Origin: Nitrosopumilus maritimus SCM1
Lineage (GTDB): Archaea > Thermoproteota > Nitrososphaeria > Nitrososphaerales > Nitrosopumilaceae
Direction of reading: 5' to 3'
NCBI RefSeq assembly: GCF_000018465.1
Contig: NC_010085.1
Location: 1,590,001 to 1,622,000, forward strand
Length of the DNA stretch: 32,000 bases
The notes below the pieces were generated by a model. It had not been told where the DNA came from and made no database searches. It worked only from the letters and a program-made list of their open reading frames with translations. Made by a program: the position numbers and the translations under genes. This document shows positions 17,551 through 25,842 of the stretch, one piece after another; the first letter of the stretch is position 1, and every line of letters starts with the position of its first letter.

Positions 17551-18087
17551 ATGAGCGAAAGTAGGATTTCAGACATAGAATTGGTAAAATCCAAGGATGA
17601 ATACGCATCAGATGAAAATATTGAGATAAATGTCCAATTTTCAGTTGAAGGTGGCCTAAGAGATGCATTCAACGAGGCAAACTGGACAGAGGCATACAAC
17701 AAAAACGATGTCTCATTCAAAATGAAATGCGGGATAAAACTAACTTCAGGAGGATTTAGGAAAAAAGAACTAGGCAGGACAATTGACACTTACAGAAAGG
17801 CATCCATATTTTGGACTAGAAATCCTAAACTTGTTAATCCTATGAAAGATAGAAGAATTTGGGTTCAGGTAGCCAAAAATTTTGAGCCATTTATCAGACT
17901 TACAGAAGAAGAAGTTAGACAAGAGTTATTTGATTTTAATGAGAAATTTGTTTTCAAAGCAGAAGACTTGGGAAAAGGCACACACAAAATTAGTGCTGAG
18001 GCATTTGCATCATGGCAAAAACATGAGTTTACAGAGCCAGGAAATGTCAAGAACAACTCTAGAGAAATTGAGATAAAAATCAATTAG
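17551..18087 (+). CDS. Hypothetical protein (178 aa)
   Basis: Long intact ORF between oppositely oriented genes, MSESRISDIELVKSKDEYASDENIEINVQFSVEGGLRDAF.... No recognised family. Confidence 0.6.
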   Translation: MSESRISDIELVKSKDEYASDENIEINVQFSVEGGLRDAFNEANWTEAYNKNDVSFKMKCGIKLTSGGFRKKELGRTIDTYRKASIFWTRNPKLVNPMKDRRIWVQVAKNFEPFIRLTEEEVRQELFDFNEKFVFKAEDLGKGTHKISAEAFASWQKHEFTEPGNVKNNSREIEIKIN

Positions 18088-18117
18088 GGATATAAGGAAC
18101 TTTTTTGGTAAATTAGT

Positions 18118-18270
18118 ATGGCAAAATATGACGGTTTGTTGGGACAACCACTTCTTGAAATAGAAGATCCTGATAAAGAGGGGGGCATAACTTTCATTAT
18201 GAAAGATAATAGATTTTTGTTCATTAAAATGGTTGATGGTAAAATTGAGACGGTGTCAATTCCAGAATAG
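18118..18270 (+). CDS. Microprotein A of a tandem pair (50 aa)
   Basis: MAKYDGLLGQPLLEIEDPDKEGGITFIMKDNRFLFIKMVDGKIETVSIPE*; similar to the next ORF. Not in the supplied track. Confidence 0.6.
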   Translation: MAKYDGLLGQPLLEIEDPDKEGGITFIMKDNRFLFIKMVDGKIETVSIPE

Positions 18271-18280
18271 GTGAAAATGA

Positions 18281-18427
18281 ATGATAGATGTTGAAGAATT
18301 CAAAATGAAAGAAATTCTAAAAATTGAAGACTCTGATTCAAATGATGAATTAACAGTAACTTTTTCAGATAATAAAATTATGAAGATCAAAATAGTTGAT
18401 GGTAAACTAGTTTCAGAATCTAATTAA
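18281..18427 (+). CDS. Microprotein B of a tandem pair (48 aa)
   Basis: MIDVEEFKMKEILKIEDSDSNDELTVTFSDNKIMKIKIVDGKLVSESN*; aligns with microprotein A over KIEDSD...ItF...DN...IK(M/I)VDGK(I/L). Not in the supplied track. Confidence 0.6.
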   Translation: MIDVEEFKMKEILKIEDSDSNDELTVTFSDNKIMKIKIVDGKLVSESN

Positions 18428-18933
18428 TTTTTTACATGTTTTTCATAAAAACCGATAGCTAGTTCTTGTACTTCAGATTGAATCGAACCTGGTCTTTCTT
18501 CACGAATTTTTTTGATAGCATCTTCTGCAGTGAATTTTTTGTATTTTACAAAATAACATGCAAGTATTGTTCCAGCTCTTCCCATACCAGCTGCACAATG
18601 AACCATCACTGCATGATCATTTGTGATTTGCTCATGTATAAAATCAACTGCAGAGTCTATATTTTCCATATCAGGTGCTGTAAAATCAGGTGTTGGTACA
18701 TGAAGATATCCAATATTTTGTACCCAATTATCGGGTAAAGAATTTTCAGTCATGGTAACAATTGATTTTACGCCTTGGTTTACAATCCAATCAAATTCAT
18801 CAAAACTTGTAGGCATACCAGAGCCTGCTAATTTTTCTTCAATCAGCCAGGAAAAGTTTGTTGGTTTTTTTGTAATCTTTCCATGAACTTTTCTCCAGAG
18901 ATTACCAGGCTTGCTCATGTGAGATGTTAACAT
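18424..18933 (-). CDS. Dual-specificity / protein-tyrosine phosphatase
   Basis: HVPTPDFTAPDMENIDSAVDFI...AVMVHCAAGMGRAGTILACYFV (CX5R) ...EDAIKKIREERPGSIQSEVQ. Confidence 0.9.
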   Translation of the reverse strand: MLTSHMSKPGNLWRKVHGKITKKPTNFSWLIEEKLAGSGMPTSFDEFDWIVNQGVKSIVTMTENSLPDNWVQNIGYLHVPTPDFTAPDMENIDSAVDFIHEQITNDHAVMVHCAAGMGRAGTILACYFVKYKKFTAEDAIKKIREERPGSIQSEVQELAIGFYEKHVKN

Positions 18934-18961
18934 TCACTATATTTTTAGCATTACGAAATGT

Positions 18962-19603
18962 TTAGTGTGCTACGGCTCTTACTGGTGAACCTGTTGCATC
19001 TTTTAGTTTTAGGGGTAGAATTGTAAAATCAAATTCTCTTGATTTGATCTTATTCAAATTTGCCAAATTTTCTACTATCAAAATATTTTTTTTTGATAAA
19101 ATGTGATGAACACTAAATGATTCATCTTTTCCAAGATCTATACTAGGTGAATCTATTCCAACAAGATTAGTATTTTTTTGTGCAAGATATGTAGCTGCCG
19201 ATAATGCTAGTCCAGGATTTTCTGTAAAATAATTATCTTTTTTGACATTTTTTTGCCAACCTGTAAAAAAGAAGATAGATGATTTATCAGGAATGTTACC
19301 ATTTTCTTTCTCAAAGTGAACAATGTCTGATTTTGTGATTGGAGAGTTTTTTGATTTCTTTATTTTAATTAGAATTGCTTTCCCCATTAATCTACCAAGT
19401 GGGATCTGGTCAATTTTGATCCCATTTTTAACAAAATGAAAAGGAGCATCAAGATGAGTTCCAGTATGCGAACTTAGGAACAATAATTCAAGATTATATC
19501 CATCTTCTTTGAGATGGGACCATGAAATGAATTGTGGTGTTGGAGAACCAGGAAAACTTGGGATAGATTTTGATATTGTAAGTGTGAGATCGATTGGTTT
19601 CAC
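18962..19603 (-). CDS. Cyclase family protein (kynurenine formamidase-like metal hydrolase)
   Basis: MKPIDLTLTISKSIPSFPGSPTPQFISW...LSSHTGTHLDAPFHFVKNG...LVGIDSPSID. Confidence 0.85.
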   Translation of the reverse strand: MKPIDLTLTISKSIPSFPGSPTPQFISWSHLKEDGYNLELLFLSSHTGTHLDAPFHFVKNGIKIDQIPLGRLMGKAILIKIKKSKNSPITKSDIVHFEKENGNIPDKSSIFFFTGWQKNVKKDNYFTENPGLALSAATYLAQKNTNLVGIDSPSIDLGKDESFSVHHILSKKNILIVENLANLNKIKSREFDFTILPLKLKDATGSPVRAVAH

Positions 19604-19678
19604 ATCAATACGACAAAATGCTAATTAATCAATTTTTGAATTATGAAAAGTTAAATACTCTTTGAGCAGAATTTTCGT

Positions 19679-19936
19679 GTGCCTACTGCATATGTTCTAC
19701 TAAATTCTGATTTAGGATCAGATGAATCAATTATCAACGAAGTAAAACAAATTCTTACAGATGAAGATGTAACCTACGAAGTCCAAGGGGTTTATGGGGT
19801 ATATGATATCGTGTTGAAATTGTCTTCAGATGATGCTGAAAAACTACGTTCAATCATTACAAACAAGGTCAGAAAGATTACCAAAGTACAATCTACTTTA
19901 ACAATGATGGTAATAGAAGAACAAGAGAATCTATAG
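19679..19936 (+). CDS. Stand-alone Lrp/AsnC ligand-binding domain (RAM domain) protein
   Basis: MPTAYVLLNSDLGSDESIINEVKQILTDEDVTYEVQGVYGVYDIVLKLSSDDAEKLRSIITNKVRKITKVQSTLTMMVIEE; no HTH. Confidence 0.8.
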   Translation: MPTAYVLLNSDLGSDESIINEVKQILTDEDVTYEVQGVYGVYDIVLKLSSDDAEKLRSIITNKVRKITKVQSTLTMMVIEEQENL

Positions 19937-21076
19937 TCTCTTTATTGCATCAACTACAGACATAATTTCAGATTCTGAGTTAAAGAAATGAGGTGAAGCT
20001 CGCACAATCTTTGTTTCCATAATTTCTCTTAGAGCTAAGACGATGTTTTGCTTTTCAAGTCTATCAACAACCTCTTGTGAATCCATTCCATCTATGTTAA
20101 AAGACACAATACTTGTTCTAGAATTAGGATCTTCAGGACCATACAAAATAATTTTTGGAATTTTTGATAGTTCTTCTCTTAGAAGATTTGACAAGTATTG
20201 ATTTTTTTCACGTATATTTTTGAGACCAAAATTAAGCAAATAGTTTGCAGAAGATTCCAATCCAACAATTCCAACGTAATTTCTAAAACCAGTTTGAAAT
20301 TTATCAGGAAGTTCTTTGAATGCTAAACTGGTATCATCATAGATAATTGCAGATTCGCCCCCAATAGTTTTTGGTTCTAACAATTCACTTGATTTTCTAT
20401 TACAATAAAACAATCCAGTTCCCATTGGACCACAAAGCCATTTTGATCCATTAAAAGACATAAAATTACAATTTATTTTTGAAACATCAACGTCAATACA
20501 TCCTACAGTTTGTGCACTATCAACAAATAGAGGCACATCACTGAGTAGTTTTGTGATTTCTTCTAAAGGCAAAATAGAACCAGTATTGTACAAAGCATGA
20601 CTAAGAGCAACTAATTTTGTATTATCATCAAGTAATGATTCTAAATCTTCAGATTTGAAAAATCCATCTTTATCAATTGAGAGATTCTTTAGAGAGATTT
20701 TTTCTTTTAGTTTTAACCAGGGATAAAAATTTGAATGATGTTCATGGGTCATTCCACGAATAATTACATTTGATTTTTCATCAAATGAAAGTCCATTTGC
20801 TACAATATTGATTCCATCAGTAGTACTTTGAGTTAGAACTACTTCATCAGGTTGACATGAGATAATTTTGGCTATAGTTTTTCTTACATCTCTTAGTTTT
20901 TCAGTTACGAATGACTCTGATTCTTTTGAATCAGGTCCAAGAGAGTTGTAAGAAATTAGAAAATCTTTCATTGCCTCAATACTTTGAATAGGCATTAGGG
21001 ATACTGATGCATTGTTTAGATAGATTTTATCTGAATTTGGAAAGTCATCTGAAATATCCTTTGATACTAAATTCAT
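19931..21076 (-). CDS. Class V aminotransferase (cysteine desulfurase/selenocysteine lyase-like)
   Basis: IYLNNASVSLMP...VVLTQSTTDGINIVANGLSF...ALSHALYNTGSILPLEEIT...DSAQTVGCIDVDVSKINCNFMSFNGSKWLCGPMGTGLFYC. Confidence 0.88.
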   Translation of the reverse strand: MNLVSKDISDDFPNSDKIYLNNASVSLMPIQSIEAMKDFLISYNSLGPDSKESESFVTEKLRDVRKTIAKIISCQPDEVVLTQSTTDGINIVANGLSFDEKSNVIIRGMTHEHHSNFYPWLKLKEKISLKNLSIDKDGFFKSEDLESLLDDNTKLVALSHALYNTGSILPLEEITKLLSDVPLFVDSAQTVGCIDVDVSKINCNFMSFNGSKWLCGPMGTGLFYCNRKSSELLEPKTIGGESAIIYDDTSLAFKELPDKFQTGFRNYVGIVGLESSANYLLNFGLKNIREKNQYLSNLLREELSKIPKIILYGPEDPNSRTSIVSFNIDGMDSQEVVDRLEKQNIVLALREIMETKIVRASPHFFNSESEIMSVVDAIKRL

Positions 21077-21102
21077 TATTATATCTGTAGAATGCTAAAT
21101 GG

Positions 21103-21699
21103 GTGTTGGATAAAAGTCCTGAGCAAATTTTTGATAGTGAACTAGTCCATATTCAAAATGAATTCAAAGAGAAAGTCCCCAACATTGTACTTTGTTCAGA
21201 ACCATTTCACAAAGTAGAATTTCTCAATAAATTAATCAACTCTGTTGAAAAACCAGTAATTTTTGTAGATATGGATTTACTCTATACAGGATATGTGGAA
21301 TCAGGAATAATTCAAAAGAAAAACAATCTAACAATATTTCATCCTACAAAAGAGAACTGGCAAGAAAAATTCTCTGAGATAATCACAAAAGTGTCCAAAG
21401 AAAAATTTCTTGTGATTATTGATTCATTTAATGGAGTACACAATATGTTTGAAGATTTAGAGTCTGCCATATTCATTAACTCATGTATAATGTTGCTAGC
21501 ATCATTAGGAAAAGACGTGGATTCTTCTATCATCATAACTGCAATGGCCAGAAAAAAGGAAGATGAGGGGTGGATTCTTACACCAGGAGGCAAACAAATC
21601 ATAAAATCTGCAAAAACTGGAGTTTATCTTCTAAAGAAAACTGAGAATAATTTGATTATTCGTGAAATAAAAGAGAATTCAAAAATTTTCAAGATCTGA
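21103..21699 (+). CDS. RecA/KaiC-fold-like protein lacking a recognisable Walker A motif
   Basis: NIVLCSEPFHKVEFLNKLI sits where a P-loop would be; KPVIFVDMDLLYTGY, a Walker B-like KFLVIIDSFNGVHNMF, and SSIIITAMARKK follow. Confidence 0.45.
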   Translation: MLDKSPEQIFDSELVHIQNEFKEKVPNIVLCSEPFHKVEFLNKLINSVEKPVIFVDMDLLYTGYVESGIIQKKNNLTIFHPTKENWQEKFSEIITKVSKEKFLVIIDSFNGVHNMFEDLESAIFINSCIMLLASLGKDVDSSIIITAMARKKEDEGWILTPGGKQIIKSAKTGVYLLKKTENNLIIREIKENSKIFKI

Positions 21700-21729
21700 T
21701 TGAAAAGTAACGGAAATGCGATCAAAAAT

Positions 21730-21764
21730 TCAAACGCCGTTATAAAATCTCAAACGCCGTTATA
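21730..21764. repeat. Two copies of TCAAACGCCGTTATA, 20 bp apart; each contains the inverted repeat AACG-C-CGTT
   Basis: Copies at 21730-21744 and 21750-21764. Palindromic cores at 21733-21741 and 21753-21761. They lie upstream of the ferredoxin gene. Confidence 0.75.
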
Positions 21765-21818
21765 GCACGGGATTTTTAGGCAAATTATATTAATGACAAA
21801 TCAAGATTTTCTTTTGTT

Positions 21819-22118
21819 ATGCCAGTAGGAATTATTCCAGACATAAGCGAACAAATGTGTATCGGATGTGCACTATGTGTAGAAATCTGTACAACACTTG
21901 GTCCAGATGTCCTTAGAGTAAAACCAGTTGAAGGCTGGAAGAGAGGTAAAGCATTTGTCTTTTACCCAGAGAGATGTATTTCTGATGGTGCATGCATCGG
22001 TGTATGCCCAACAAAAGCAATCTTTTGGATGAGACCAATGGACTTTACTGTTGGACAACCAGTTCCACTCCACAAAGATTCAGTCTTCGTAAAAGGTTGG
22101 ACCGAATTAATCGATTAG
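21819..22118 (+). CDS. Ferredoxin, 7-Cys type (likely 3Fe-4S/4Fe-4S)
   Basis: EQMCIGCALCVEICT (CxxCxxCxxxC) and ERCISDGACIGVCP (Cx5CxxxCP). Confidence 0.88.
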   Translation: MPVGIIPDISEQMCIGCALCVEICTTLGPDVLRVKPVEGWKRGKAFVFYPERCISDGACIGVCPTKAIFWMRPMDFTVGQPVPLHKDSVFVKGWTELID

Positions 22119-22285
22119 ATTAGTTCAACTTTTAATTTCTTTTTCTTATTTTTGATTTTAACAGCCTTAGGCTTAGTTCTTTCTTTCTACCAAAGCAATT
22201 ATCAGAGAATAGAATCAATGCAGGTGTAATATACTTGAATATCCTAGAAGCCTTGATATTTACATAAAAACAACAAGGAGCAAAA

Positions 22286-24061
22286 TTGGCAATTTCAATA
22301 AATCTTGGTAAAAAACTTGTTTTGCTTGTCATGCTCGTAACAATGACTGCGTTAGGAATTACATCTTACATGAGTATAGATTATTCCGCTGAAACCTTGA
22401 AACAAAGAGGCGGAGAGTTGTTACATGGTGAATCTGATATTAGAGGAGAATCTTTAAGATTACTTTTTGAAACAAGAATTGAACAAAACAAAATTCTTGC
22501 AAATGATCCTATGATTCGATTGTTAGTTTCGGAGATGGATGGACTTTCAGGACAAGAACTAAAATCTATGAAAGAAGAAAAACGTAGAGATTTTCTGATT
22601 CAAGTACAAGCATTTCAAGAGCTTGCTGGATTTTCAATTGGGTTTGAAGATACTAAAATAATTGGTAATAATGGAAATGTGTTCTTTTCACTTGTAGGAA
22701 TTTCTGATGAGGATTTTTCTCAAAATGAATTCTTTCAAAGAGGACTAGAAGGATCTTTTGTTGATTTTGAACAATCAGGAATGGGTAAAAAAATGATCGT
22801 AGTCTCTCCAGTTTATGCTGCTGATAGTAAAATTGGAGATGAGCCAATTGGGGTCATCATTTCTAGAATGAGAACTGCAGCACTTGACAATATTTTGCTT
22901 AACAGAAGTGGATTAGGTGAAACAGGTGAAGTATACATTGTCAACAAGGATTTTGTAATGTTATCTGAATCTAGATTTTTTGAAAATGCAGTATTTGAAC
23001 AACGAGTAGATACAGTCGGCGTTCAAGAATGTTTTTCTAATAACATGGAACATGTTGGAGTTTATCCTGACTATAGAGGAATTTCAATATACGGTTCATC
23101 TTACTGTATGCCAGAATACGGAATTGTTTTACTTGCTGAGATGGATGAAGAAGAACTGATTGAGCCAATAGAAATTCTACAAACTAGAATCATCCTTACT
23201 AGTTTACTCATAATATTGGCAATGGGATTAGTTGCATTTTTTGCTGCAGAATCATTATCACACCCATTACGGGCACTCAAAAAAGCTGCAAATAAAATTG
23301 CAGATGGGAATTTTGAGGTTAGGACCAATATCAAAACAAGAGATGAGATCGCAGATTTATCTAATGCATTTGATTTGATGGCACAAAAATTACAAGAATC
23401 ATTAATTGAAATTAAACAAAAGGACGAAGTCATCAAACAGCTTGAAGGAGACATGTTGTTAAAGTTCTCACAACATGAAGAGAATGATTGTGTAGGAGTA
23501 ATTGACATGGCAGACTCTACTAGAATATCATCAAAATTATCTGATCAAGATATTTCAAAACTATATGAAATATTTTTGAATTTTATGGCAAAGATTGTTC
23601 TTAGACATAAAGGAGAAGTCATAAAAAATATTGGAGATGCATTGATGTTCAGATTTGCAAATGTGGATACCAGTAATGATGAAGAATTAAAAAATATTTT
23701 AGAATGTTGTTTAGATATGACTGAATCTCACGGTAAATTAGATGAGGAGCTCAAGAAAGCAAATTTGCCTAGTTTAGATTATAAAATAAGTTTAACATAC
23801 GGTCCTGTAAAAGTAGCTGAAAGTACTACTTCAAAAATTAGTGATGTTTTTGGTCCTACCGTAAATAGATGTTTTAAAATCAATTCACTTTGTCCTAAAA
23901 ATAGTATAGTTGTCGGTGAAAATGTTCATAATATTTTCAGAGATTTTTCAGAATACGAATTTACAGAATTATGTATAATTGAATTAAAACAAAAATATGG
24001 TTACAATATTTTTGAAGTTAGAAGAAAAGGACTCGATGGTTTCGGGTCAAAATCTGATTAA
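22286..24061 (+). CDS. Membrane receptor-type class III nucleotidyl cyclase (extracytoplasmic sensor + TM + HAMP + cyclase homology domain)
   Basis: Two TM helices flanking a ~270-aa sensor region; HAMP-like ESLSHPLRALKKAANKIADGNFEVRTNIKTRDEIADLSNAFDLMAQKL; cyclase-like VGVIDMADSTRISSKLSD...KIVLRHKGEVIKNIGDALMFRF...SLTYGPVKVAES...DVFGPTVNRCFKINSLCPKNSIVVGENV. Confidence 0.82.
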   Translation: MAISINLGKKLVLLVMLVTMTALGITSYMSIDYSAETLKQRGGELLHGESDIRGESLRLLFETRIEQNKILANDPMIRLLVSEMDGLSGQELKSMKEEKRRDFLIQVQAFQELAGFSIGFEDTKIIGNNGNVFFSLVGISDEDFSQNEFFQRGLEGSFVDFEQSGMGKKMIVVSPVYAADSKIGDEPIGVIISRMRTAALDNILLNRSGLGETGEVYIVNKDFVMLSESRFFENAVFEQRVDTVGVQECFSNNMEHVGVYPDYRGISIYGSSYCMPEYGIVLLAEMDEEELIEPIEILQTRIILTSLLIILAMGLVAFFAAESLSHPLRALKKAANKIADGNFEVRTNIKTRDEIADLSNAFDLMAQKLQESLIEIKQKDEVIKQLEGDMLLKFSQHEENDCVGVIDMADSTRISSKLSDQDISKLYEIFLNFMAKIVLRHKGEVIKNIGDALMFRFANVDTSNDEELKNILECCLDMTESHGKLDEELKKANLPSLDYKISLTYGPVKVAESTTSKISDVFGPTVNRCFKINSLCPKNSIVVGENVHNIFRDFSEYEFTELCIIELKQKYGYNIFEVRRKGLDGFGSKSD

Positions 24062-25212
24062 TTTTTAGAAAAACCAAATCTAGATGCCCATCCTGATTTT
24101 TGTTTCTTTGTTGGTTTTTTTGATAGATTGTTAAGCATGTCATATGTGATTGTAAATCCATGGCCAACCATGGTTGCATCATTTGTATAATTCTCCTTGT
24201 TAGGAACAAATTCGTCTGCCAAATCTTTGATTTTCTTTGTTTTTAGATCAAATAATCTTATTTTCTTACCATTCTCTAATTCAATTTTAGCATCACCACT
24301 CAATCCTTGTATTGAGAAATTTTCAAAGAATCGAATTGAGCCTCCTTCTTTTAGTTTGATTACAGAATCATAGGTAAGTTTTCCTCCATAAAATAAGACC
24401 TCGCGTGCAGAAATTCTCACATCATCTTCCACATTTAGCACAATAACAGTATCAGCATCTAATGATACAGTATTGACTACATTTTCAGCAATAATTTTTC
24501 CATTTGGAGCAGAAATACTAGTTCTATGCTCTAGAATTTTATAGACGCCAACTTTACCATCAGGATCTTCAACTCTGAATTTTCTGCCAAAAATATTTCC
24601 CACAACAACATTTCCGTTATCTACAGTAATTTGTGCCCCATTTTCAATTTTGTATTTATTTTCCACAGGATCAAAAAATTTGAAGTCTCCTTTTGTTAGA
24701 TGAATGTTTGTTTGAAATTCTCTAGTCCATGACGGACTAGTGATACTTCCTTGCATAGTAATTGGACCGTCATAAGTTAAACTTCCTGCCATGAAATTTC
24801 CTTTAATAGACAAAGCACCATTAGCTTTTCTTTCTAATTCAATTTCACCAAGAGTTTTTGAACCAAATAATCTAGTTCCAGTAGAATTTGCTCTGTTGTG
24901 TGCAGCAGCCCATTCTTCGGCTGTTTTCATTTCTTTAGATAGTTGTTGACCCAAAATCTGATTTTTTCTTCTTACATCAGCTTCAGATTCATCAGAATAA
25001 ACTCTAGAGTTTTTTATTTTTTCAATATCTGTTTCGGGATATTTTTTTCCAATTTTTAGATCTTCATATGCTTGTTTAATTTTTATGAATTGTTCATTTT
25101 CTCCACCACGATCAGAGTGATATTGAAGAGCTAATCTTCTAAATGCATCACGGATCTCTTTTTCAGTAGTCCCTTCAACAATTCCTAGGATATCATAATT
25201 ACTTTCAACCAT
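24058..25212 (-). CDS. J-domain (DnaJ-like) protein with variant HSD motif and a long repetitive beta-rich C-terminal region
   Basis: MVESNYDILGIVEGTTEKEIRDAFRRLALQYHSDRGGENEQFIKIKQAYEDLK is a J domain with HSD. The C-terminal part has repeating beta-like segments (GSLTYDGPITMQGSI..., GKIIAENVVNTVSLDADTVIVLNVEDDVRISAREVLFYGGKLTYDS). Confidence 0.8.
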   Translation of the reverse strand: MVESNYDILGIVEGTTEKEIRDAFRRLALQYHSDRGGENEQFIKIKQAYEDLKIGKKYPETDIEKIKNSRVYSDESEADVRRKNQILGQQLSKEMKTAEEWAAAHNRANSTGTRLFGSKTLGEIELERKANGALSIKGNFMAGSLTYDGPITMQGSITSPSWTREFQTNIHLTKGDFKFFDPVENKYKIENGAQITVDNGNVVVGNIFGRKFRVEDPDGKVGVYKILEHRTSISAPNGKIIAENVVNTVSLDADTVIVLNVEDDVRISAREVLFYGGKLTYDSVIKLKEGGSIRFFENFSIQGLSGDAKIELENGKKIRLFDLKTKKIKDLADEFVPNKENYTNDATMVGHGFTITYDMLNNLSKKPTKKQKSGWASRFGFSKN

Positions 25213-25311
25213 GTCTGATAGTCCCCGAATAATTTTTCATAATTCCTATACTTGTAGGTTATCACATTTAGAGAATATCAAGGGTTTGAAAAGAAAAATT
25301 AGAAAGATGTA

Positions 25312-25740
25312 CTATTTGACAACTAGTACAGGTATCTTGGTTTTGTGCATGACATAGTTTGATGTGCTTCCAAGAAATGCTTCTTTGGCGCCACCCATGC
25401 CTCTTGCACCAATTACGATCATGTCAAATTTACCTTTTTTAGCATATTTGACAATTTCAGAGCCGGTGTGACCACCACCTGTTTGATACTTGAATTTGGC
25501 GCCAGCTTTTTGGGCTTTTTGCATTGCAGGACCAATTGCTTTTACAGCCTTTTTCTGGGCGTCATCTTTCATCTTTTGTGTATATTTTATTCCTGCTGCA
25601 ATAGGTAAATGAAATACGTAAAAGCCGGTAATTTCAGCACCGCTACCTTTTGCAATTTCAATTGCTCTATCTAGACCACGTGTAGCATTTGCTGAGCCAT
25701 CAAGTGGAACAAGAATTTTTGAGAATTTTCCCATAATCAA
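25312..25740 (-). CDS. Universal stress protein (UspA family)
   Basis: FSKILVPLDGSANATRGLDRAIEIAKGSGAEITGFYV...YDMIVIGARGMGGAKEAFLGSTSNYVMHKTKIPVLVVK. The likely start is the second Met (MGKFSK). Confidence 0.95.
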   Translation of the reverse strand: MIMGKFSKILVPLDGSANATRGLDRAIEIAKGSGAEITGFYVFHLPIAAGIKYTQKMKDDAQKKAVKAIGPAMQKAQKAGAKFKYQTGGGHTGSEIVKYAKKGKFDMIVIGARGMGGAKEAFLGSTSNYVMHKTKIPVLVVK

Positions 25741-25842
25741 AAAATAAAATTATTCAATATAAGAAACAGAGGCGATTTTCAGTATTGAAAATTATGTTAT
25801 AGGATATAGGTTAAATTTTTGAATTTAGTAAGAAAACAACAA

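Noticed and set aside
17517-18738. ORFs 17517-17789 (-), 17865-18083 (-), 17882-18076 (+) and 18466-18738 (+)
   Set aside because: They overlap the 178-aa plus-strand gene or the phosphatase gene and lack independent support.
21339-22073. Minus-strand ORFs 21339-21602 and 21873-22073
   Set aside because: They are antisense to the RecA-like gene and the ferredoxin gene respectively.
22132-22332. Minus-strand ORF of 66 aa
   Set aside because: It overlaps the start of the cyclase gene, has no family resemblance, and fits an intergenic AT-rich artefact.
22653-23508. Minus-strand ORFs 22653-22847 and 23101-23508
   Set aside because: They are antisense to the cyclase/HAMP gene; the S/I/F-rich composition is typical of shadow ORFs.
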